A DNA stretch of 64,000 bases. Source: Nemertoderma westbladi (Eukaryota; Animalia; Xenacoelomorpha). How positions within the stretch are numbered: position 1 is the first letter of the stretch; every line of letters starts with the position of its first letter. Positions 28,201 to 40,200 of this stretch are shown here, in pieces. The stretch lies in assembly GCA_032718475.1 (NCBI GenBank), contig JAUCBJ010007195.1, positions 29,277 through 93,276 on the forward strand. The letters are read 5' to 3'. Position numbers and translations under genes: made by a program. The notes below the pieces were generated by a model, which saw nothing but the letters and a program-made list of their open reading frames with translations, searched no databases and was not told where the DNA came from.

Positions 28201-31200
28201 AATTGAAATTAAAAAATTGACACCAGCAACTGTTAAGGCAATTCTTCCGATTGCTTCCATATATTATTATACTGTAGTAATTAATTTTCTGTTGAAAATG
28301 ATTACAATTAAACTTACATAACCGGAATCCCCATCTTTATGGCACACTTTTATGACCATTTCATTTCAGTGACACCTCACATATATTTGCTGGAGACGAT
28401 TGTTTGAAATGTAGTTATTGAATGTTTTGGTTGGAAGTATAATTTAATACACACATTGCAATTGTGGAAAGTGTTCGCGGTATTTCAACTTTCCATAACG
28501 CGAGTTGAATATTTTTGTATTTTATTAAAATTGATTATTCCGATATTACTACTGGGTGCGGGACCATGGGTTTTGGGCACATTCAATAAACTGGGGGCGA
28601 TTTATGGGCGAACTTTGGGGCAACTTACAGGGTACGGGAATAATTTCATAGTTATAAGGGCCAGGGGGGATGGAAAATGCAAGCAGTATTCAGGTTAGCC
28701 TGAGTACTATTAGGCCCTGGCCAACTTCCTGCTGCCTGTAGGGGTGGATTTGGTAATGTGCCAGGCCTAAAGGACAAGGACTGCCCTTAGCGGTCCCTGG
28801 CCAACGGCAGCTACTACGAGCCTGAAAAGGACTCGGAACGCTGACTGCTTGTGTCAGGGATTTGCGACGGGCACCGACGGCCCCTTAGTAGCCAAGCCGT
28901 TCTGGGTCTCGATGATCGAACCCCGGGGTTCGTGAGGGGTGGAGTGGACACGCGAACAGGTGGCCAACTTAAGACTGCCCCCTGACCTAAGCCGTACTGG
29001 TTCTCGATGACCGATCCCTTCGGGGTTCGTGAGGGGTGGGACGGACATGCGAAAGGGCTGGCCACAGGACTGGTTTGACAAGGACTGCCCTTAGCGGTCT
29101 CGGGTCAACTGCGGCTACTACGAGCCTGAAAAGGACTCGGAACGCTGACTGCTTGACTGTGATTTGCGACGGGAACCGACGACAGACCCCTTAGCCAAGC
29201 CGTTCTGGTTCTCGATGATCGTTCCCTTCGGGGTTCGTGAGGGGTGGAACGGACACGCGATGGGGTCGAAAGACAAAGGACTAGACCCGACTAGACTCTA
29301 CTGGCCTACCGACTGTTCGGAGCAGTTTCTCGGCTGCCGAAGCAACTACGAGCCTGAAAAGGACTCGGAAAGCCTAGGTGGTTGGGTTTCTGTGATGAAC
29401 TGACGGACCCCTAGCCAAGCCGTTCTGGTTCTCGATGACCGATCCCTTCCGGGTTCGTGAGGGGTGGAACGGACACGCGAACGGGTCCACCGACACGACA
29501 GACTCCTAGCCAAGCCGTACTGGTTCTCGATGACCGAACCCTTCGGGGTTCGAGAGGGGTGGTACGGATACGCGACAGAGTCTACCGACTGGACCGACCC
29601 TTAGCCAAGCCGTGCTGGTTCTCGATGATCGTTCCCTTCGGGGCTCGTGAGGGGTGGAACGGACACGCGACAGGGTCGACCGACACCGACACTACGGCAC
29701 TAAGACTGGGACTGAGGGAAAATCTGGGGAACATTAGGTAGGCTAAAATTCTGAGCGAACAGCGGGTTATTAAATAATATACCGTAGGGATTTATATTAT
29801 CGTGTATACTTATTGTGAATATTTGGTGTATATTGATTTGGGGAAGCCCAAAATTATTCTTAATCAGGTTTGCAACTATAGGAAGTTACATTAAAGAGTA
29901 TATCCAACTAATGCAGCTTTTCTCAACCGCAAACTTGCATCTTAGAAATATTCCCTCCCCACAATCAATATCCGGTGACTGGCCGGGGCTCGGTGGTCTG
30001 TTAAGTCACGTCTCCAGCATCGGCGTTTTTCCCCTTGGTGTAGGAATAACGGCAACAAAATTAAGAATAATTATATGGTTAATTTTGACCGGGTGTCAAA
30101 ATTAAGAATAATTAACGTGGTTAATTTTGACAGGGTGTCAAAATTAAGAATAATTATCGCGGTCAACTTCAACTGGTGGAAGTTGAGAATCCTTCAATAC
30201 TCTTCAAAAACTCTCTACGTGCTTGCCAGCACCCACTACGAGGAAACTCTGGTATTTGAGTTGAGACAAAGTCGTGGTTTAATTAAACAACAAACTCGAT
30301 CTAACCAACTCGTAGTCGGCAGATCACAATTCGGGAGAGTTGTTAACAGGGAATGGAAGTATCGATCACACCCATTGATATAATTCAAGTTGAGCCAGGA
30401 ATCTGGCACGTCGAAGTTGAGGTACAAGGAACGAACGTTGGACGATTCAGGATTACTGTTCGGGTGGTCCAAGCTGAGTACAATACCTACGAGGAACTGT
30501 TTTACGACATCGCGTATCTCGCCATCGAGGAGGCCTTACAATGACCACAAATAACATATCCGATACCGACGAGATGGATCACCACACAGACTCGGAAGCC
30601 GACGAGGTCCCAAACGTCAAGAACATGACCCGTCGGTTAGGGGCTCTTAAAGGCGGAGTAACCCGAGCGTATCAACGGATGGAGAAACAACTCAAGGGAG
30701 TCAAAACCCCCCTCAATGAGGTACAAACTCAGCTTCAAAGTATCCGAAATATCCTACAGCGGTACGAAAGAATGATACAGGCGTACCAAGAGCTCGTTCC
30801 TCCCACCGATCAGGAAAACTACCCCAAGCTGGAAGAACACGTTGTACATCTAGATGGGTTCCGCAAACAACACCGGAGGACCCTCAGCCTGGTGAGAGGC
30901 TATGAGGAACAGTATTACAAGAGGGCTGAAAGAACAGACGCGGAATCAGTACGATCCTCCAGCATCAGGACAGGAGTACATCACAAGAGAATGGGGTCCA
31001 CCAGAAATCAGCACTCCAGCGCTAGGAGCGAGATATCCGGCTCAGCGCGCAGCTCTCAAGGGGCGCCGCCACTCCGAGACCAACTGAGAGAACGGAAGGC
31101 ATTAGCCCTCAAAGCTCGGATGGAAGATGAGTATATTCAACTGCAAGCCGAGCAAGATGTACTAGCCGCCGAAACACAAAGGCGAGAGGCCGAACAAGCG

Positions 31201-34200
31201 GCCGAACGACAGGCCGAACAACGCGAACAGGAGGCCGAACAACATAGACGAGAGGCCGAACGACAGGCCGAACAACGCAAACAGGAGGCCGAACAACGCA
31301 AACAGGAGGCCGAACAACATAGACGAGAGGCCGAACGGCAGGCCGAACAACATAGAAGAGAGGACGAACGACAGGCCGAACAACGCAAACAGGAGGCCGA
31401 ACAACGCGGACGAGAGGCAGAACGAGAGATCGAACAACGTAAATGGGAAGCGGAAATGCGTAAACAACACGCCGAGGCCCAAGCAATTCTCATCCACAAA
31501 AAGAATGCGGATATTGCAAAACTCGCAGAATACGAAGCCGCACTTATCGAACGAGATATTCAACTCTACGAGGACTGGGAAAGGGATATAGATCAGGAAT
31601 ATGAACCAATTCCGGTACCGGAGTTAGAAAAGTCATTTACACCAACAGCGGCGAAACCTCCGAAACCCGAGATTCCGCCTACCAAACAGTCTACGCTATC
31701 GGCACAAGCCCCGGTGTTCCATCCCCCACCGGCTACGCTAAAGAATGAGGAACCCTATTTCCCATCCAACACCACGACAGCGAGTGTACCCAAGTACGAG
31801 CCTGAAAAGGACTCGGAACGGGACGCCACTCCCCGATCAAACAACCCATTTACATCAACACCACAAACTCGCAGCCGCGTCATTATTAAAACTCCACCTA
31901 CTATTGATCCATCAAGTATGGGAGTGAGTGCCAATAACTATAACCCTCCGAGTCACTCTAGTTCAGACAACGTCAGCATCATCCGGGCGTTGGAGAACCG
32001 CCTTGCCATGCCAAAGATGGAGATTCGCACCTTCGAAGGAGATCCCGTCGATTACCTCAGATTCAAGAAACGGTTCTTTGCGCAGATCGGATCAACGGAC
32101 ATAGCCGACGCACAGAAATTGGTATATTTATCGCAATACCTGGGTGACAAGCCACGCAGAATTGTTGCATGTTTTGAGGGAGGTTCTCATGAGGCATACT
32201 ATGACGCATGGAAAACTCTAGATAAAAGATACGGAAATACCGGAACTATAATTAATAAAACTCTAGAGAAACTGATACAAGACGCGGGATCACTAGGGGA
32301 CCCACAGAACCTCCAGGAATTCTCAGATTCCATGAAGGATGCCTACTACACTCTGAAACCCTTAAATAAGGAGGACCAGGTGAACAACATTCTAAACCTC
32401 CGACAGATCGCCCGGAAGTTCCCCGGATGGCTGCAAAGTAAGTGGGCCTATAAATGCGTAGATCTCCGGCGCAGACATCCAGATCAAGATCCCAGCTTCC
32501 TCGAAATGTCGGCATTCCTGGACGATATCTCCGAAGCCATGAATGACTCGATGTTCTCGAAACAAAGTCTCGCCAAGTTGGACGCAATGGAGAGCAATTA
32601 CCAGAGCAGGGCACCCACTCCAAACCCAAGATTCCGCCCTACTCCTGTGAGTGCGATGGCCATCAGTATGGCTGAGGACTCGGATGACGAGGATTACGAG
32701 GAACCGACCTCAGCAGAAGAATGGGCATGCTACCTAGCGAATTGGGCACCCGAAAGGGAAGGCACCACAGCCTCCCCTATATGTCTCTTCTGTGGGGAGA
32801 AACACAAAGTGGAATTCTGCAGAAAGTTTCAGTTCGCCGAACTCGTCCCACGCTTCGAGGCGATAATGAAACACCGAGGATGCTTCCGGTGTCTTGGAAC
32901 AGGTCACTATGTTCGGGAGTGCGACCAAAGATCATGCTGTACTGTCTGTAACGACCAACGCCATCACACGCTCCTCCATATCCCCGCGAACTTCGATTTT
33001 ACTACCCTCCCCTTTCGGATCGAAGCCAGGCGAAGAGGAGAAACAAACCACATCTTCAAAGGAACCCGGACAACCCAACGGAGAGAAACCAACCCGTTTA
33101 AGATCTCCACCAATACACCACAAGTAACCAATATTTCGGCCACGATTAATCTTATAAATCGCCGCTACATGGTTTTCGCAAAGGTAATCCCAGTGAGGAT
33201 CCAAGGAGTCGGCAAATCTTTGACGACACTCGCGTTCCTCGATAACGGGTCTGACGGAACCATCATCGACCGGGATTTCCTCGAGCAACTCGGCCTAGAA
33301 TATGAACCTTGTAAACGGCCCATACAAACCATCACCGATAACAGAGAGGTAGAGTCTGGGGAGGTGCAACTCCAGATGGAAGGAGTGATGAAGGGCTACG
33401 AAACGGCTAAGTTAACCATAAAGAACGCCTTGGTACACACAGACCTCCGGGTGCGGTTCCGACAATCAGCCGAGTACGCCCCCCTCATACAATTGGACCG
33501 GGACGATGTAGACCTGAGGTGTCCGCAGTTGGACGTAAACCGTATCACCCTACTGATCGGACTTGATACACCGGAACTACACATCCCCACAGGAGATATC
33601 GCCCGATCTATAAACCAGGATGACGGATTTTATGCTGAACGAACAATAATGGGATGGACACTCTGCGGCATTAAGGAGGAAACTACGGACACCTATACCT
33701 ACCTTCCTAAATGTCAGATTAAAGAGAATGTAACCTCTGTGGGTTATTGCTCAGTTTCGGATCTTGACGAGGATTTGTTTCTGGAAACAGAGAAAACCCA
33801 ACGAGAGATGACGAAATATTTTAATTTGGAGACCCAAGAGTTCGCGGAAAAGGACGAAAACCCATCCGAAGAGGACCAATATTGTATGGACGTTCTCGAC
33901 CAGGCCACGTTTAAAGACGGACATTGGCGCGTACCCATGCTTTGGTGGATAATAAGGTTATTGATGATAATAATGATGTTGATAACATTGACACCATTAA
34001 TTGGAGAGCACGGACTAATCTGCCGTAATACCCGGATGGCGAACGCCTCAGTTGAGTCCCTCACTCCTAACCACTTACTGGGGAGACCCAAAACCCACCT
34101 CCTCCCGGAAACCATGTTCCCGGATCCCAACGAGATCGCGAAACATACAAACTGGAAAAAGGCCCAAGCGTTGGCAGCGCATTGGTGGAGGATTTGGGCC

Positions 34201-37200
34201 CAGGAATATCTCATAACCCTCCGGACCAGGAGGAAATGGAACAACACCCACCGGAACGTCGCAGTTGGCGACATGGTACTAGTTAGAGAAGATCTCAAAG
34301 ACCGCGTTCACTGGCCTGTGGCGCGGGTCGTGACCATACACCCAAGCAAAGACGGACTTGCGAGGACTGTGACGATACGAACGAAAGCGGGCCACTACCA
34401 ACGCCCCATCCAGAAGCTGTGCCTTCTTGAAGGCAATGACAGTGGTGATTCTACAAGAGGTGATAAGTTCCCTACGGATCCTGCTGCAGACATTGGTGAC
34501 AATTATAAATGCGTTTAAACCCTTTCTCATCATGTTGACAAACTCTTATTAACTGTGATTTATCGACAATGAGTTATGGACCCCCCTTAAACCAACTGTA
34601 ACCACGCAATGGTATTTGTGTTTCCTCGTGTGTTATGTGGAGTCCAGCATCACCCTGCAGATGTTTCGACTGACGCAGGGTCGTTTATGCATTGTTTACC
34701 CTGATTTTGGTCATCAGGACCTACGATATTGGATTATTGGAAATGGAAAAGATTTGAAGTGGAATTCATTGTATTCATTGCAGTATGTTATGTTGTCCGT
34801 TGCGTGCGCAGTTCGGGGCGTAGGCGGTGTAACGAGTCCAGCTGTAGATCCCGGATTGCCGCGCAACACCCCCTCTATCCCGTTATTCTGGTGGGTCCAT
34901 GGTGCATCCACATGACTTCGACGATAGAGGGTTTTATGTTTCTCAGTCGCGTTATTCTGGTGGGACCGTTGCGTGGATTTTGGGGCGTAGGCGGTGTAAC
35001 GAGTCCAGCTGTAGATCCCAGAATGTTGCGTAACCCCATCCCACATGACTTCGTCGACTGAGCTTTATGTTGTTGGGAGTGTTATTCTGGTGGGTCCCTG
35101 GTGCACCCACGTGACTTCACTCCTAGCGTCTTCATTGTCCGTTACGTGCGCAGTTTGGGGCGTAGGCGGTGTAACGAGTCCAGCTGTAGATCCCAGATTG
35201 CCGCGTAACACCCCTTCCACGACAAAGATTAACCAAAGAAAATGATTCAATATAGTTGGAAATGATGAAAAGGATCAGACAACTCTGCTATAAACCTGAA
35301 TGATGACGCGTATACTGATGAAAATGAAATGATGCGCACCCTGGTGCTGCGCTTATAACAATGATGATAGCCGGGGGGCTATAAACCCAATGATGATGTG
35401 GAAATAAATAAATGTGAAATAAATGGTGGAACTAAATGTGTTGAAATATGTGGAAATAAATGAAATGAGATGAAATAATAATGAAATGAAAAAAGACAAA
35501 AAAAAGGTATAAAAGAGGTCAAAGAAAAGAATTGGAAAAAAAAGGACAAAAAAGTCATAAAAAACTGGTTGGATATTATGTATAGCTATAGTAACTGTAA
35601 ATGCTGAATGTATTAGCAATAAGATGATAGATGCCTATATAGCAATGTTATTGAATAAACTGAATTAAATAAAAAACTGAATTATTCTGCTATCGCTATA
35701 GTTTCAGACTTTCTGGACTTATAATTAACTGAACTAATTTGTAACGGATATAATCGTAAATATGGACCCAAATCGCCAAATTATCGGCGAATTACGTAAC
35801 ACGGTAGATCTACTGGAATATTCGCAACCCGGATCCCCTGACTTTGATACAAATTGGAACATTCTGCTAAATGAGAACGTACGAGAAATTAAATTCACCG
35901 GGCGTGAGGGACCGGATTCTAAGAATCTACGAGCCCTCCGGTTAGCCGATGCTACTACGAGCCTGAAAAGGACTCGGAACGCAAAGGCAACCGGAGGGGA
36001 CGATTCGTCGTTTTGGGAAACGTTCCGGCAGAGCGTCTACAGATCCCGATGTTTGATCTACGACAACGAGGGAAACGCGACGCCCACCTCGAAGGCGATT
36101 ACGTTGGCGAGATGTCAGAGCTTCGTCGACGACAAGAGTACGTACCTCGCCCACTGGGGAAACCTGTCGGAGTGTACGGCGACGCTTCGAGAGGAACGCG
36201 TATCGATTATACAAAACCGCGACGACTACCAGGAAAAGTACGGGGCGAAAGAATACGGTCGATCCTTAGTCGTCGTCCTCGGAACCCTGGACGGTTTGGT
36301 ACTGGTGTGCCGAATATTCCCGACACCCAGACATGAAGTGCAGGCAGCCGGAGCGATCTGGTTGCTGCCTACGGATATCCAAAAGATCCTCTTCGACTTC
36401 GACGTCATTAAAATCGGGTCGGATATCAAGGCGGACGTCCGGAACGATTACGCGAACGCTCCCGCAGGAAGAAACCGACGAAACGACCTCAACGCACTTA
36501 GCCATTGCATCGATACTCAAACGCTGCTAGCCTGGTTACGATTCGCCGAGTTCATGCGAGGATTCCAAGAAGTGAGACCGACGAAATCCGGGATCGGCTA
36601 CCTCGCTGTGCTCAACGGCGGTATCGACTTCAAACCCCAGAAATTCCGGGACTATAATAAAATATACGGCGGATACCCGGGATTAGAGATAAAGAGCGAG
36701 CGAGAGGGTCGATGGAAGGACGTCGATCGGAAGTGGACGATACACCAAAGGTGGGAGAATCCCGATCGACGGAGCTATATCTACGTCGTTATGGAATGCT
36801 ACACCGTCGCTAAGTTTATCTGCAAGACTCTAGATAACCTCATCAAGGCGGTCCCCCTTTCCTTCGTCGACTACGACTGGAACGAGGTTATAAACCACGC
36901 GTTTAAAGCGGTCGAGAACATTACACCGGGAGAATCAAAAACGCCCGCCGTTATCGATTCCTGGGACGAGAGCGGACCTTACGACATCCCTACGATTACC
37001 GAACTTCTCGGTGCGGAGGAGCCTCTGATCTCCTCGGAAGGGGAAGAGATATGGCTAAACGAGGGTGTTCTACTCTCCACCCCGAAGCGACAACTCGAAC
37101 CGGAGGCCGCGTATGGACCGGCCGCCAAACGGGTTGCCTCGGCCGAACCGATAAAGAGAGCAGGCGTCTACACCCCACGCGGCTCCGGTAGCCCCGCGAG

Positions 37201-40200
37201 AGAGGTAGCCACTACGGCTGCATTGAGCGACTTCGGCGACATATGCCAACGGTTATCCCCGTATCCTTTCCCGGGTGGCGAAGATTGGTCGTCGGAGATC
37301 CCGAGTACCAGCCACCAACGGACCCGCTCAGCGATACTGGTCGAGGAGGGACCCAGCGATGCGCCGACACCCGATGATCTCCTCGGTATCCCTACGTCGA
37401 AAACCCCGGCACCTCTTCGCCGACCAGCGGTAGCTACTACACCCGCCGTTCCTCAGGACCCTATGCGACTAACCCGTTGGTACGCCGAGCAAACTGAATG
37501 GATCCACCGCCAGAAACGGTCGTCCGAGTTGAGACCATCGGGACATAAAGAGGGTTATCGGAGCGAAAACATACTACGCAAGAGCCCAGCATTCCGCGGG
37601 CTACCGATCACCGAGAATATTCCGAAGAGCGACCGACGACTCGAATACTACGCCGGCGTTCCGATTCCGATATTCCCCGGTCGGGAGATGCAGTTGGAGG
37701 TATGCGACGACTGCGGTTCGGAGCAGTGCCCACGCAGCAGAAGGAATCGGGTTACCGATTCTTGCCTCCAGCTCCTTGGGATACTCTATTGCCCATACTG
37801 CGCGATATCGGGCCACGACGTTTCGGTCTGTCCGATCCTTTATAACCTCTGCACCAAGTGCGGTTTCCGTGGACATTCCGCTAGCCCCCGCTGCTATATT
37901 AAATGTCCAACCAAAGACGTTACCGCTATGGGCAATATGGTCATGTTTGAGACATACGCAAACAGCCATTTAAAGACCAAGTTTCGGAGAAACGCTCGGA
38001 ATATCGCGCAGGAGATGGCGTGCGGATATTTCTCCTTCCCGGAACGCCTCCACACGTCGGCCTCGCTACCCTTCCATTACGTGGATCTGCTACTGAGCGC
38101 CGGATTATTCGGTCCATTCGAAGTTATTAGACGATTATATTCGTATAAAGAGGAGTTCGGTGACGGAGAATGGTTCCTAGAGGCACGCAACTCCGAGTTG
38201 GAAAGACGAACCGACATGATCCCGATGCCTTCGAAAGGAAGAGCCGCCAGGAGACAAGCCGAAGCGTTACTCACGATGGATGTTGACGCTCCTCTACCAG
38301 CCATAGCGATCGATGAGAGTCGACGGGCGAAGAGACGGAAGGCGTATCAGAAAAAGAAATAGTGGATTGGGATATTCCAGGAACATTTATCGAACATTTA
38401 TTTTTATACAAACTCTAGGCCAAATTAATTAAAACTATGCAATATTAAATTTGGGATTTTTATATTGGGAATGACCTACGCAAACTCAATCGACCGACAG
38501 ACTTCACGAAGGTCATTGGGGGGGACTGTTCGCGGTATTTCAACTTTCCATAACGCGAGTTGAATATTTTTGTATTTTATTAAAATTGATTATTCCGATA
38601 TTACTACTGGGTGCGGGACCATGGGTTTTGGGCACATTCAATAAACTGGGGGCGATTTATGGGCGAACTTTGGGGCAACTTACAGGGTACGGGAATAATT
38701 TCATAGTTATAAGGGCCAGGGGGGATGGAAAATGCAAGCAGTATTCAGGTTAGCCTGAGTACTATTAGGTCCTGGCCAACTTCCTGCTGCCTGTAGGGGT
38801 GGATTTGGTAATGTGCCAGGCCTAAAGGACAAGGACTGCCCTTAGCGGTCCCTGGCCAACGGCAGCTACTACGAGCCTGAAAAGGACTCGGAACGCTGAC
38901 TGCTTGTGTCAGGGATTTGCGACGGGCACCGACGGCCCCTTAGTAGCCAAGCCGTTCTGGGTCTCGATGATCGAACCCCGGGGTTCGTGAGGGGTGGAGC
39001 GGACACGCGAACAGGTGGCCAACTTAAGACTGCCCCCTGACCTAAGCCGTACTGGTTCTCGATGACCGATCCCTTCGGGGTTCGTGAGGGGTGGGACGGA
39101 CATGCGAAAGGGCTGGCCACAGGACTGGTTTGACAAGGACTGCCCTTAGCGGTCTCGGGTCAACTGCGGCTACTACGAGCCTGAAAAGGACTCGGAACGC
39201 TGACTGCTTGACTGTGATTTGCGACGGGAACCGACGACAGACCCCTTAGCCAAGCCGTTCTGGTTCTCGATGATCGTTCCCTTCGGGGTTCGTGAGGGGT
39301 GGAACGGACACGCGATGGGGTCGAAAGACAAAGGACTAGACCCGACTAGACTCTACTGGCCTACCGACTGTTCGGAGCAGTTTCTCGGCTGCCGAAGCAA
39401 CTACGAGCCTGAAAAGGACTCGGAAAGCCTAGGTGGTTGGGTTTCTGTGATGAACTGACGGACCCCTAGCCAAGCCGTTCTGGTTCTCGATGACCGATCC
39501 CTTCCGGGTTCGTGAGGGGTGGAACGGACACGCGAACGGGTCCACCGACACGACAGACTCCTAGCCAAGCCGTACTGGTTCTCGATGACCGAACCCTTCG
39601 GGGTTCGAGAGGGGTGGTACGGATACGCGACAGAGTCTACCGACTGGACCGACCCTTAGCCAAGCCGTGCTGGTTCTCGATGATCGTTCCCTTCGGGGCT
39701 CGTGAGGGGTGGAACGGACACGCGACAGGGTCGACCGACACCGACACTACGGCACTAAGACTGGGACTGAGGGAAAATCTGGGGAACATTAGGTAGGCTA
39801 AAATTCTGAGCGAACAGCGGGTTATTAAATAATATACCGTAGGGATTTATATTATCGTGTATACTTATTGTGAATATTTGGTGTATATTGATTTGGGGAA
39901 GCCCAAAATTATTCTTAATCAGGTTTGCAACTATAGGAAGTTACATTAAAGAGTATATCCAACTAATGCAGCTTTTCTCAACCGCAAACTTGCATCTTAG
40001 AAATATTCCCTCCCCACAATCAATATCCGGTGACTGGCCGGGGCTCGGTGGTCTGTTAAGTCACGTCTCCAGCATCGGCGTTTTTCCCCTTGGTGTAGGA
40101 ATAACGGCAACAGAAAGGTTTTTCAATTATATTAAGATACTGGTACAACTAGGAATTTAAGATTGATATTGATGTAATGGTATGTTATTTAATTAATTTT

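Larger units (their letters stand above)
28472..40112 (+). mobile_element. BEL/Pao LTR retrotransposon, non-autonomous (RT, RNase H and integrase core deleted), with an extra downstream ORF
   Basis: Two 1586-bp LTRs (TGTT...AACA), a 5-bp TSD GAAAG (28467-28471, 40113-40117), a PPT GGGGGGGAC before 38527, and BEL-type gag, protease and integrase C-terminus. Confidence 0.95.

Noticed and set aside
28880-29680. CRISPR array interpretation of the LTR repeat-linker pattern
   Set aside because: The context is a eukaryotic LTR with no cas genes. Units are ~70 nt, and the linkers are irregular, related to each other and base-pair around the units.
28770-29680. Hammerhead or twister ribozyme, or SECIS, call for the LTR modules
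   Set aside because: The core is CTCGATGA rather than CTGANGA, with no matching GAAA arm. There is no twister consensus and no SECIS-length helix with an apical AA loop. A novel ribozyme is not excluded.
35762-38362. env gene
   Set aside because: No signal peptide, fusion-protein pattern or C-terminal TM anchor is apparent.
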